From assembly GCA_949156565.1 (NCBI GenBank), contig CASCZI010000004.1, positions 65,110 through 129,109 of the forward strand: a stretch of DNA of 64,000 nt. Reading direction: 5' to 3'. Below the pieces are notes generated by a model that did no database searches, had not been told where the DNA came from, and saw only the letters and a program-made list of their open reading frames with translations. A program made the position numbers and the translations under genes. Below, in pieces: positions 27,618 to 37,695 of this stretch (its first letter is position 1; the number at the start of each line of letters is the position of its first letter). This stretch comes from an uncultured Alphaproteobacteria bacterium. Its GTDB lineage: Bacteria > Pseudomonadota > Alphaproteobacteria > Rs-D84.

Positions 27618-30217
27618 GATTCAATCCTGATGTTTTCGGGGGTGCATATGGCACCCGGCATGGTGGATAATTTCTGCCACAGCATGGTGTGCCACGCCCA
27701 TTCAGATGCATTTTTAAATGGCGTAAAGCCATATATATATAAACGATCACGTGCCCGGGTCATGGCCACATACAACAAACGATAATATTCGGCAATTTTA
27801 TCTTGGGCCGCGGCGTCGGCGGCAATGGTGACGTGTTCGCTGTATGATTTTTGGGGGGACCATAACCATGCCGTTGTTTTGGACAATGGGTTCGAACCAT
27901 CATGGGGCAAATGAAAAATTTTCTCGGGTTTATCACGTGGGGTACGTACCGTATCGATCATAAAGACCACTGGTGCTTCTAACCCTTTGCTGCCATGGAC
28001 GGTAACAATGCGAACGCCATCGGACGCATCCATATCACGCTTTATTTCAGAACCACCGGTAATAAACCATTTTAAAAAGTGACGCAATGTGCCGGGCTGT
28101 GTACGTTCATAGGCCAAACAGATGGTCATAAATTCTTCCAATGGATCCACAATCTGTTCCCCCAATGCGGCAATCATTTTCGCACGACGGTTCGACGTGT
28201 TCAACACGTGGGCAAAGAATGTATATGGTCCCATTGTTTTTGCACATTCAATTATTTCATTCAAATCCGAAAAAATATCCGGATGCAATTGTTTCAATGC
28301 ATCAAAAGCAGAAATTTGTTGATCTTGTTTTAATTTACATAAATTAAAAATATCCTGTTCTGTCAATCGATAAAACGGACTTTTTAAAATACAACATAAA
28401 CGATAATCATCGGACGAATTCAATGTCACCCGGACCAAGTTCATCAGATCACGTATCGCCGGAAATTGGGGTAAAACGATACGGTCACTGCCGGCAACAT
28501 CAATATGGCGGGCCTTTAATGCACGAACCAATGGTCCGGCAAATGGGTTGCGTCGTTGAACTAAAACCATAATATCCGATGCGGAAAATTCCCCCGACAT
28601 AATCAGTGATTGGATGTGGTCTGCAATCAAAGAAATGTATTCTTCGCGCGTTACACCATTATCGGAACCGTTTGCGGTTAATGAATGCAATTCAACCACC
28701 CCAGAGGCATTTGTGCGAAAACATTTGTGTGGGTTATTCATAAAACCGGTCCGGCGTTGAATATCTGGATCGTCAAAAAAATAATCCACTGTATTTAAAA
28801 TTGGGGCCGTTGACCGAAAACTTTGGGCCAATGGAATTTCGCGGATTGTGCGTAAATTCTGTGAAATCTGGGTGGCGATTTCGTTGCGGCTTTGGGTAAA
28901 TGCATTGGGGTCGGCCCCTTGGAATCCATAAATAGATTGCTTTGTATCGCCAACAACGAACAAAGAACGTGGCCGTGATGCGGTATCCCCTTCGGCAAAA
29001 AAGTCCCCAGCCAGCAACCGTAAAATATCCCATTGTTGGGGGGCGGTATCTTGGGCTTCGTCCACCAAAATATGACTTAGCGATACGTCCAATTGTGACA
29101 ACACCCATCCCATGGTATCAGGTGCAGAAAACAAACGCCGTACATACAAAATCAGATCATCAAAATCCATCAAGTTTCGTTCATGTTTTATTTGACGATA
29201 TGTTTGTGAAAATGCCGCCGCCAAATCAAACAGCGCCACACTATCTTCGTATGCACACTGGTTTAATTTATATTGATTCAATGCATAAACGCGATTTAAT
29301 TCATCCCCCAGATATTCTTTTTTGGCAATGTGCGAAATGGGTGTGCCAGATGCCGTCAAATAGGCATATTTATATTCTTCAAAATCAATCGTTTTATCAA
29401 TGTATTGTTTCGTTAAATTAATTAACTTTATTAAATATGCTGCCGGCTTTTTTGTACTATTTACCTCTGCACTGGTCAAAGAGAGGATTTCTTGCAGATT
29501 TTTTGGATCATCCGCCACAAAAGCATTAGGGTCATAATTTAAAAATTTTCCAATTTTATCAATAAAGTGTTTGCGATAATTGGCAATATCGTTTATATCA
29601 AAAAACTGTTTATACTGGGTTGTTAAAATCGCCATTAATTCATCCAGGCTATGTTCCGATATACGCCCCACGATATGGGCAAATGCATCGCGCACATGGA
29701 CGTCCGACGTTCCTTTGACCAGCATTTGGAACGCATCCCGTAATAGGATACGTTGGGTTGATTCTGTAACCAATGCCCATGATGGAGAAATGCCAGCCTC
29801 TAATGGAAAACGACGCAAAATTTCTTCGCAGAAACCATGAATTGTTTTTATTTTTAACATATCAGGGTTATCAATATAGGCGAAAAAGATCTGGCGCGCA
29901 TGGGACAAATCATCGGCATTTGCCGGTTGATTGATGGCCACCGATTGTAACAAATCAACCAGTTCTGTATCCGATGCCATTGCCCATTGCCCCAGGGCCG
30001 TCAAAATACGGTTACGCATTTCCCCGGCCCCCGCATTGGTATAGGTCAGGCATAAAATACCCGATGGGTGCGTGGGATCGGTACGAAATAAAATCCGCAA
30101 CAGCCGTTGCACCAAAACACTGGTCTTGCCGGTTCCGGCATTGGCCTGGACCCATACGTTTTCCGCGGGATTGGCGGCCATGTCTTGGGACGGCGAAAGA
30201 TTGCGTTTTTGTGTCAT
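27614..30217 (-). CDS. addA: ATP-dependent helicase AddA (UvrD-like helicase portion, 867 aa)
   Basis: Has Walker A ANAGTGKTSVL, motif III VGDTKQSIYGFQGA and motif VI VTVHGSKGLEAPVV. No AddB gene is adjacent. Confidence 0.75.
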   Translation of the reverse strand: MTQKRNLSPSQDMAANPAENVWVQANAGTGKTSVLVQRLLRILFRTDPTHPSGILCLTYTNAGAGEMRNRILTALGQWAMASDTELVDLLQSVAINQPANADDLSHARQIFFAYIDNPDMLKIKTIHGFCEEILRRFPLEAGISPSWALVTESTQRILLRDAFQMLVKGTSDVHVRDAFAHIVGRISEHSLDELMAILTTQYKQFFDINDIANYRKHFIDKIGKFLNYDPNAFVADDPKNLQEILSLTSAEVNSTKKPAAYLIKLINLTKQYIDKTIDFEEYKYAYLTASGTPISHIAKKEYLGDELNRVYALNQYKLNQCAYEDSVALFDLAAAFSQTYRQIKHERNLMDFDDLILYVRRLFSAPDTMGWVLSQLDVSLSHILVDEAQDTAPQQWDILRLLAGDFFAEGDTASRPRSLFVVGDTKQSIYGFQGADPNAFTQSRNEIATQISQNLRTIREIPLAQSFRSTAPILNTVDYFFDDPDIQRRTGFMNNPHKCFRTNASGVVELHSLTANGSDNGVTREEYISLIADHIQSLIMSGEFSASDIMVLVQRRNPFAGPLVRALKARHIDVAGSDRIVLPQFPAIRDLMNLVRVTLNSSDDYRLCCILKSPFYRLTEQDIFNLCKLKQDQQISAFDALKQLHPDIFSDLNEIIECAKTMGPYTFFAHVLNTSNRRAKMIAALGEQIVDPLEEFMTICLAYERTQPGTLRHFLKWFITGGSEIKRDMDASDGVRIVTVHGSKGLEAPVVFMIDTVRTPRDKPEKIFHLPHDGSNPLSKTTAWLWSPQKSYSEHVTIAADAAAQDKIAEYYRLLYVAMTRARDRLYIYGFTPFKNASEWAWHTMLWQKLSTMPGAICTPENIRIES

Positions 30218-30300
30218 TTATGCCCTTGCTTTATGTTTGGAATTTTAGTATAAATTTTTATGGACTTCAAGGAAGATATAACCCAAGGGGGAAAGGCGCA

Positions 30301-32226
30301 ATGTTTGCAGATCAGACGCTGGTTATCATCATTGGTATTTTGGGATTTTTGTTGGTCATGATGTTGGGGGTGACCGGATGGATTGCGCGTCGATCATACC
30401 GGGCCATGGAATCGTTAATGACAATATTGACACGACCAGAACGCGCCCGTGCGGCCGATGCGGCCCGTGTTTTGAATACAATTATGGCCGACGAAATGGC
30501 CAAAATTCAATCGAACTTTTTGGAAATTTCTGCCGCGTTGGGGAATCAGATTTCCGCGGCTGAAAAAATGCAACAAGATATGGTTGATCAAAATGAAAAG
30601 TTGGCCGAAATTGCCGATGATGCCACCAAAAAGGTGGCCATGATGTCCCAGCGATTGGATAACACCGTCACGGGTTTAATGGGGGTTGTGGGATCTGCAT
30701 CATGGACAGACGTGGGAACGTGTTCTGAAAAATTCACATCTGATATCAATGAATTAATGTCGAAAATTGATACAACGTCACAAGAAATGGCGCAGCGTAT
30801 TGGCCATATCCAAGAATGCATGGGGGGGTGGGTATCATCATCCAAAGAATTATCATCAGAACTAACCCAGGCATTTGAAAAAAATGATACCCAGATGAAA
30901 TCTATGACATCGGAAAGCGATGCCATGCGTCAAAATTTAGACGCCTTGGCAAAATCAACTGCGGATGGTTTTGATCATGTACGCACGGCGGCGGCCGATT
31001 ATGCCGGCATTATGGACAAGAATGATAAATTGTTGACATCACAATTAACCAAAATGGATATGTTCAGCAAGCAATCGAAAAAACAATTAGCGACCCAGGT
31101 TAACACACTTAGCAGTACGGCAAACGTTATCGGTGCCCAGGTGATGTTGGCCGAAACATCGGTTGAAAAACAAATTCAAAAATTAACCGATGCGGTCGAA
31201 GCATTAATGACATCTGCCACCACGACCGAGGCATCTATTCGGGGTATTTCGGGTGAATTGGCGACATTGACCAACCGGTTTAATGGTGAAATTCGTGAAT
31301 TTGCCGGTGGGGTGGTTGGTGAATTAAAAACTGTATCGGGTGTGGCGAATACAACATTGGAAAACACCAAGACGGCGGCAACGGCATTTTCTGATTCTGT
31401 ACGTGCGATGGCATCGGGTGTACGCGAAACATTAATGGAAATGAACACGGCGCATTCCCAGTTGTCGGGCCAGTCAGAGGCATTAATTAAAATGTCGGTC
31501 GACACAACGGCCCGGCTGCAACCGTTGTCTGAACTGATTGAACGGTATTATGCGGCATTGCCGGAATTGGCCCAAGGGTCATCCGAGATGGGTGAAAATT
31601 TGGAAAAAATAGTTGCGGGATTAACCGATAAAATCGCCCAAATGCGCGAAATCGTGGCGGATTCCATGACCAATATGTCGGATTCATCCGCCAAGATCGA
31701 AGATCTGGCCGGTCAATCACGTCAACAAATGATTGATTTAATGTCGGATTATTCCAAGGCGGTTGACACCATGCAAACATTGAACAAGCAAATGATGGTG
31801 GCACGGGCCACCGCCCCGATGGATGCCATTGGAACCGCCCCGGTTTCATTTGCCCCCGTCAGCAGTACGGATTTCATGACCCAGGCCGAAAAAATGATCC
31901 AGAAACTGCATGAACAATCTGTTGATTTAACACGGGCGACGGGCGCGGAAATCCCAGATATTGTTTTGAAAAAATATCATGCCGGTGACACAGAAATCTT
32001 TTCAAAGTGGTTGGCAAAAATGCTGGCGGCGGCCAATAAAAAACAGATACGTGATTTGTTGAAAAATGATAGTGTTTTTCGTTCCCAGGCAGCTCAGTTT
32101 ACCCGGGCCTTTGCCAAGATATTAAGTGCCGCAACCCAGACGGATGCACCGGATGCCACACGGGCGACATTATTAAAGACTGACCTGGGCCAGATATATA
32201 CAGCCCTGCGCGGGATTAATGTTTAG
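30301..32226 (+). CDS. large membrane-anchored coiled-coil protein (hypothetical, 641 aa)
   Basis: A single N-terminal TM helix is followed by a long Ser/Thr/Ala/Met/Gln-rich predicted coiled coil. The start is divergent from addA and the ATG follows gggggaaagg. Confidence 0.55.
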   Translation: MFADQTLVIIIGILGFLLVMMLGVTGWIARRSYRAMESLMTILTRPERARAADAARVLNTIMADEMAKIQSNFLEISAALGNQISAAEKMQQDMVDQNEKLAEIADDATKKVAMMSQRLDNTVTGLMGVVGSASWTDVGTCSEKFTSDINELMSKIDTTSQEMAQRIGHIQECMGGWVSSSKELSSELTQAFEKNDTQMKSMTSESDAMRQNLDALAKSTADGFDHVRTAAADYAGIMDKNDKLLTSQLTKMDMFSKQSKKQLATQVNTLSSTANVIGAQVMLAETSVEKQIQKLTDAVEALMTSATTTEASIRGISGELATLTNRFNGEIREFAGGVVGELKTVSGVANTTLENTKTAATAFSDSVRAMASGVRETLMEMNTAHSQLSGQSEALIKMSVDTTARLQPLSELIERYYAALPELAQGSSEMGENLEKIVAGLTDKIAQMREIVADSMTNMSDSSAKIEDLAGQSRQQMIDLMSDYSKAVDTMQTLNKQMMVARATAPMDAIGTAPVSFAPVSSTDFMTQAEKMIQKLHEQSVDLTRATGAEIPDIVLKKYHAGDTEIFSKWLAKMLAAANKKQIRDLLKNDSVFRSQAAQFTRAFAKILSAATQTDAPDATRATLLKTDLGQIYTALRGINV

Positions 32227-32290
32227 TCAAAAAAACTTGCATTCTTTTATACAGGGTATAGGACATATGAATATATAAAGGATATATATT

Positions 32291-32575
32291 ATGGTTGATT
32301 CAGAAAAATTATATACGTCAAAAACCCTTCTTTCAGGCTTTACCTGTCGTGTGACCGGGCGTGAATGTACAGCGATACCGGAATATCTGGCCCGTTATAA
32401 CGCGGCGGTTGAATACAACACCCAAAGAAAAAACAATTTTTTGTTTTTTACGAGGGATGATGCTGATTTGTGCAAAGATGCGGAATGCCCCATATATTGG
32501 GAATATCGGACGAACAGGAATTTATTAAAGCTTCTGTCGGCAAGTGCAAGGGACCATAAACAACATGGACAATAA
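32291..32575 (+). CDS. hypothetical small protein
   Basis: A 94-aa ORF with four Cys. Confidence 0.3.
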   Translation: MVDSEKLYTSKTLLSGFTCRVTGRECTAIPEYLARYNAAVEYNTQRKNNFLFFTRDDADLCKDAECPIYWEYRTNRNLLKLLSASARDHKQHGQ

Positions 32576-32858
32576 AGATATTGAATTTTGCAAGTGTGAT
32601 AATGATTTCAACTGTCATTATACATGTACTTTGACCGGGAAGTATTGCGAAAAAGTATCCCAGCATATGCAGGAATGGACAGATTCAATCGCATACATTG
32701 CCGATAATAAAATCAATAGCGTTATATGTACTGCGTCCAGTAATTTGTGCGCGGATGTCAAATGCGATTTATATAAACGCGTACGGGATTTGCACCGCCA
32801 GAATGTGAAATACTTAACCGATGGGGCGTTGGATTGGTGTCCCGTTTTTTATTATTAA
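32565..32858 (+). CDS. hypothetical small Cys-rich protein
   Basis: About 97 aa with more than 10 Cys. Confidence 0.35.
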   Translation: MDNKDIEFCKCDNDFNCHYTCTLTGKYCEKVSQHMQEWTDSIAYIADNKINSVICTASSNLCADVKCDLYKRVRDLHRQNVKYLTDGALDWCPVFYY

Positions 32859-32914
32859 GGAATCCCATACATATCGCCCCCCCCTTGTGGAACGGTGACT
32901 TTGAACGCAAAAAA

Positions 32915-32936
32915 AATCCCCCGACGGGGGATTTTT
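32915..32936. terminator. bidirectional terminator (rpoD 3' end)
   Basis: The sequence aaaaaaatcccccgacgggggattttt. Confidence 0.7.
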
Positions 32937-35022
32937 AATCTTCCAAGAAACTGCGTAATTTTCGCGCACGCGTGGGATGCTTTAACTTATTCAATGCCTT
33001 TTGTTCAATCTGGCGAATACGTTCGCGCGTCACACCAATGTATTCCCCAACTTCTTCAAGGGTGCTTGTTTTATTGGTCGACATCCCAAAACGTTGGCGC
33101 AGGACGGTTTCTTCTTTGGCGTCCAATTCCGACAGAATTTGCGTTACAATCTTACGCAGATTCTTTTGCGCGGCCGATGTAAATGGATTTTTTGCGGTTT
33201 CATCGGCGATGATTTCAATGCGACTGCTTTCTTCGTCGGTTCCGACGGGCGCTTCGAGTGAAATAGGCTTCATATTGACCTTCATCGCCTTGTGAATTTT
33301 ATCCACCGGCAGATAGATAATCTTGGACAATTCTTCGGCGGTCGGTTGTCGGCCGTATTTATGCATGAATTGCCGGGATGCCCGTTGAATCTTATGAATA
33401 TTATCAATCATATGAACCGGGATACGGATGGTTCGGGCCTGGTCCGCGATGCTACGGGAAATACCCTGTTGAATCCAATTCGTGGCATAGGTCGAAAATT
33501 TATTCCCCAGACGATAGTCAAATTTATCAACCGCCTTCATCAGACCGATGTTGCCATCCTGGACCAGATCAGAAAAATCCAGCCCCAGGCCACGATTGCT
33601 GTGCTTTTTGGCAAACTTGATCACCAGACGCAGGTTGGCTTCGATCATTTCACGTTTGGCGCGGGCGGATTCGGTTTGGCCGCGTCGTACCAATTCGACA
33701 ACTTTTTTATATTCACCAGTTGGCTGGCCTGTTTCAGTGGCAATCGCCGTTATTTCTTCTTGTATTTTTTGAATGTCTTTTTCATGCTTTTTGGCAAAAT
33801 TCACCAAGGCGGTGTTTTTGCTACGCATTAATTTCTTGACCCAGTTCCGGTTTAATTCATTCCCGGTATATTCGGCCAGAAAATCTTCGCGTTTTACCTT
33901 GGCCCCCAATGCCAGGCGCAGCAATTTTCCCTCTAGCCCCATTAACAATTGATCGCGTTTGGTCAATTGTTCCAAAATTTCGGCATTTCTATCGTCATTA
34001 AGGCGGATCTTGCTAACATGTTCAAACAATTCCAGACGTAATTTGGCGTACTTTTTTTCAAGCGCTTCGTCCGGCGTCGATGATGTTAACAATTTTTCCA
34101 GACGTTGGGCCTGTAACTTTTGCATGTTATTAAAGATACGTTTGATCTTATTAAACAGATCCATCACCATGGGCATCAAGGCTTCTTCCATCACCGGAAT
34201 CGGAACACCCGACGTGCCACGTGGGGTATCTTCTTTTTTAATACCATCTTCGTCTTCGGCGTCTTCGTCATCATCTTCGTCGCCGGGTTGCGCGGTCGAT
34301 TCTTCTAAATCGTCCAATTCATCGTCATCCAATTCGTCAACATGTTCAACGCCCTTGGATTTCATGGCATCGGTTAATGCCGCCAAAGATTTTTGTTCGG
34401 CCTCGGATGAATACATGACTTCGAGATTAACGATATAACGCAAACGAATATCTTCGTTTAACAATTGTTGATACCAATCAAGCATGGCCTGGATCGTCAT
34501 GGGACTTTCGCATAAACCATACACCATCAGACGGGATGCCGCCTCGATCCGTTGGGCAATGGCCACTTCGCCAGCGGCGGTCAATAATTGAACCGTACCA
34601 ATTTGTTTTAAATACGACTGAACAGAATCTTGGACCCCCAGAACCAGGTTGCCGGTCTGACTGCGTTCTAATTGTTTGGCATAATGATCATAATCATCGT
34701 CGTTGACATCAACCTGTTCGGCATCGGCATTTAATAAATTACGTGTTTTATCACGCGGTTCATCCCCATCGTCGTCATAATAACGGCCCATATCACGCGC
34801 AAAACTGTCTGATTCAAGAATTTCCAGGGCCAAATCCTGTTGGAAAAAGTCCAGGACTTCGGCCTTTTCATCATCAGGCACTTCGTCGGCATCGGTGGCG
34901 GCATCAAAATCCATCTGCGAGAGATACCCCACCTCTATCGACGAAGTGGCCAATTTTTGTAAATTTTCCGGTAATGAATCAATCAGCATCCGGGTTGCGT
35001 CATCCAGTTTCTTGGGCATCAA
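32935..35022 (-). CDS. rpoD: RNA polymerase sigma-70 factor RpoD
   Basis: Regions 1.2 to 4.2 are present, with an acidic insertion (EDDDEDAEDEDG). The C-terminal 4.2 HTH is TLEEVGEYIGVTRERIRQIEQKAL. Confidence 0.92.
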   Translation of the reverse strand: MMPKKLDDATRMLIDSLPENLQKLATSSIEVGYLSQMDFDAATDADEVPDDEKAEVLDFFQQDLALEILESDSFARDMGRYYDDDGDEPRDKTRNLLNADAEQVDVNDDDYDHYAKQLERSQTGNLVLGVQDSVQSYLKQIGTVQLLTAAGEVAIAQRIEAASRLMVYGLCESPMTIQAMLDWYQQLLNEDIRLRYIVNLEVMYSSEAEQKSLAALTDAMKSKGVEHVDELDDDELDDLEESTAQPGDEDDDEDAEDEDGIKKEDTPRGTSGVPIPVMEEALMPMVMDLFNKIKRIFNNMQKLQAQRLEKLLTSSTPDEALEKKYAKLRLELFEHVSKIRLNDDRNAEILEQLTKRDQLLMGLEGKLLRLALGAKVKREDFLAEYTGNELNRNWVKKLMRSKNTALVNFAKKHEKDIQKIQEEITAIATETGQPTGEYKKVVELVRRGQTESARAKREMIEANLRLVIKFAKKHSNRGLGLDFSDLVQDGNIGLMKAVDKFDYRLGNKFSTYATNWIQQGISRSIADQARTIRIPVHMIDNIHKIQRASRQFMHKYGRQPTAEELSKIIYLPVDKIHKAMKVNMKPISLEAPVGTDEESSRIEIIADETAKNPFTSAAQKNLRKIVTQILSELDAKEETVLRQRFGMSTNKTSTLEEVGEYIGVTRERIRQIEQKALNKLKHPTRARKLRSFLED

Positions 35023-35071
35023 TAGACCTTTGCGTTTTCGGGATTAATAAATATGTTTGCGTCTTGTGGGT

Positions 35072-35590
35072 TTATTTTTTAACCTTGGCCATGGCATCAT
35101 GCAATGCCGATTCCGATACCAAACCCAACACAATCGGACTCTGGATTTGGATCAACGAATACGATTTGTGTGTTTTGTTACGAACCGATGCAACCGTTGG
35201 ATTTGTACTCCGCATCAGGCGGGCAATCTGGCCATCGGACAATTCGGGATAATTTTTGATAATCCACAAAATCCCCCCCAACCGATTTTGTCGATGTAAT
35301 TTTGGCGTGTAACCAACCCCTTTTTTATTTTGCGCCTTTTGGGCATTGATGATTGTTTCACGCAATGTTAAACGGACGGATGGGTCTGCCTCTGCGGCGG
35401 CAATATCTTCGCGGGTCAATTGCCCGTTTAATATCGGATTCAAACCCTGAATCTTGTATGTTTCAGCATCGGCGATGTTTTTCACCTCTAATTCATGCAT
35501 GCCGCAGAAATCTGCGATTTGTTCAAATGTCAATGCGGTATTTTCAATCAGCCACAACGCGGTCGATTTCGGCATATACGGATAATTCAT
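35072..35590 (-). CDS. conserved alphaproteobacterial protein, DUF1013-like (putative)
   Basis: The N-terminus MPKSTALWLIENTALTFEQIADFCGMHELEV resembles DUF1013 members as I remember them. Confidence 0.5.
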   Translation of the reverse strand: MNYPYMPKSTALWLIENTALTFEQIADFCGMHELEVKNIADAETYKIQGLNPILNGQLTREDIAAAEADPSVRLTLRETIINAQKAQNKKGVGYTPKLHRQNRLGGILWIIKNYPELSDGQIARLMRSTNPTVASVRNKTHKSYSLIQIQSPIVLGLVSESALHDAMAKVKK

Positions 35591-35685
35591 GGGTGCTCCT
35601 ATTCTAATCTCGGGGCAATATACCCCAAAAGCGCCTGAAATTCAAGCGCTTTTTTTCAATATTTTTTTCCCCGGACCAATGACTG

Positions 35686-37110
35686 TTATGATTTTTTTGT
35701 AATTTTAAATCCGTCTGGCGTATCCATGACCGTCCATCCGGCTGTATCAATCTGGGTCCGAATGGCGTCGGCACGGCCCCAATCCCGTTCGGCCTTGGCC
35801 GCGGCACGCGCGTTGGCCATATCGATAATTTCGGCCGGGATATTAACATTTTCCCGCTCGTATATTTTTTTTGCCCGATCAATAAATTCCAGGCCCAACA
35901 GACGGTCAATAAATTCGATCAGTTTTATTTTGGTGGCCGCGTTCACATCTGGGGATTTTATCAGGTCTTGGATAATAACCAATGCCTCGGCCGTTTTTAG
36001 GTTATCGGACACCGCGGCCAAAATTCGGTCGTGCCATGCATCATATACCGTATTATCAACCTCACCCGGGGTATCGGCCATCAAATCGGCCACGCGCCGT
36101 ACCAGATTTTTATACCCGTTGGCCGCCGCATCTAATGCATCCCATGAAAATACCAATTGCGATTGATAATGCCCCCGCAAAAGCATATAACGATAAGCCA
36201 TCGGATCATATCCGCGTTCTTTTAACACCCCCAAGCTTAAAAATTCACCGGATGATTTGGCCATCTTTTCACCACTTTTGTCCATCAAGAATTCTGAATG
36301 AATCCAATAATTGACCCATGGTGCACCGGTAATGGGTTCGGATTGGGCGATTTCGTTGGCATGATGCACCCGCGACAAATCGATGCCGCCGGTATGAATA
36401 TCAAAATGATCCCCAAGCAAGGCCATGGACATCGCACTGCATTCGGCATGCCAACCCGGGAAACCAACGCCCCATGGACTGTCCCATTCCATTTGTCTTT
36501 TTTTATCGGTGGGGGAAAATTTCCATAATGCAAAATCGGTCGGATTGCGTTTGGCATCATTAAATTGCACGCGTGCGCCCGCCCGGTTTCCCGATAAATT
36601 TCCCCCGGTTAATGCCCCATATCTGGGAAATTTTGACGTATCATAATAAATCCCATCCCCCGGGATTTCATAGGTATAACCCCGTTCTTCGAGTTGTTTA
36701 ACCAAATCAATTTGTTGTTGAATATAATCGGTGGCGCGTGGCATATGGGTCGGCGGCAATAAATTCATATCTGCACAATCACGCAAGAATTCATCCGTAT
36801 AAAATTTGGCAATATCCCACACAGATTTATGATCGCGCGCGGCGCCACGTTCCATTTTATCATCCCCAGAATCATCGTCATCGTTGGTTAGGTGCCCCAC
36901 ATCTGTGATGTTCATGACGTTCGTCACCGTCAATCCGTTTTCAAGAAACATCCGCTTTAACAAATCCGCCAAAACAAAGGTCCGCAAATTACCAATGTGT
37001 GCATAATGATAAACCGTTGGTCCGCACGAATAAAACCCAACATGTCCCGGCGTTATTGGTTTGAATTCTTCAATTTTTCTGGACATGGTATTAAATAATC
37101 TGATGGTCAT
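35686..37110 (-). CDS. cysS: cysteine--tRNA ligase
   Basis: Has the HIGH-type motif HIGN and the KMSKS-type motif KMAKSSG. The length of 474 aa is typical. Confidence 0.92.
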   Translation of the reverse strand: MTIRLFNTMSRKIEEFKPITPGHVGFYSCGPTVYHYAHIGNLRTFVLADLLKRMFLENGLTVTNVMNITDVGHLTNDDDDSGDDKMERGAARDHKSVWDIAKFYTDEFLRDCADMNLLPPTHMPRATDYIQQQIDLVKQLEERGYTYEIPGDGIYYDTSKFPRYGALTGGNLSGNRAGARVQFNDAKRNPTDFALWKFSPTDKKRQMEWDSPWGVGFPGWHAECSAMSMALLGDHFDIHTGGIDLSRVHHANEIAQSEPITGAPWVNYWIHSEFLMDKSGEKMAKSSGEFLSLGVLKERGYDPMAYRYMLLRGHYQSQLVFSWDALDAAANGYKNLVRRVADLMADTPGEVDNTVYDAWHDRILAAVSDNLKTAEALVIIQDLIKSPDVNAATKIKLIEFIDRLLGLEFIDRAKKIYERENVNIPAEIIDMANARAAAKAERDWGRADAIRTQIDTAGWTVMDTPDGFKITKKS

Positions 37111-37211
37111 GGGTGTTCCTTTGTTGAATCATGTAAAAAATAATCGGGATGTGATCAAATTGCAAACGAAATTGTTTGCGGCGAATATTATCGACAACAA
37201 CAATATGAAAT

Positions 37212-37670
37212 ATGCCAAATCATGATAAAATTATAACCCATAATCCGGCCCAATGCAAGATCAAAGATTTCATTGATTTTGAATTTATTCATTTTATAAT
37301 CTGGCCAAAGGATAAAATAATGTCACTGCAATCCAATGATGCCCATCCCCGTTATTGGGCGTATCGCAATCGGTCAACGGCGCTGTGTATTGTTCCACGG
37401 CGGGATTGGCATAAATATGGGCCAAATGAATTAACCGTCATTGTGGATTACAAGGTGCCCGTCCTGGGGACCCGGGGTGTGACGGCCATGTGCGAAAAAT
37501 TTGTGTGTCACCGTCTGACATCCACCAATCCAGAATTGGCGTACCAATTTTATCGTCAAAAATTGGCCAGTTATAATGCCCGTCTGGATGCGCGCCACAA
37601 ACGGTTCATTGAACAAAATCCAGAATATATAAACGCCCTGCGTCAACGCGCCGTACAAATGACGATTTAA
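37212..37670 (+). CDS. hypothetical protein
   Basis: A 152-aa ORF, with an alternative start at 37320. No motifs were recognised. Confidence 0.35.
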   Translation: MPNHDKIITHNPAQCKIKDFIDFEFIHFIIWPKDKIMSLQSNDAHPRYWAYRNRSTALCIVPRRDWHKYGPNELTVIVDYKVPVLGTRGVTAMCEKFVCHRLTSTNPELAYQFYRQKLASYNARLDARHKRFIEQNPEYINALRQRAVQMTI

Positions 37671-37695
37671 TAAACATGGGGGTATCCCGCAACCC

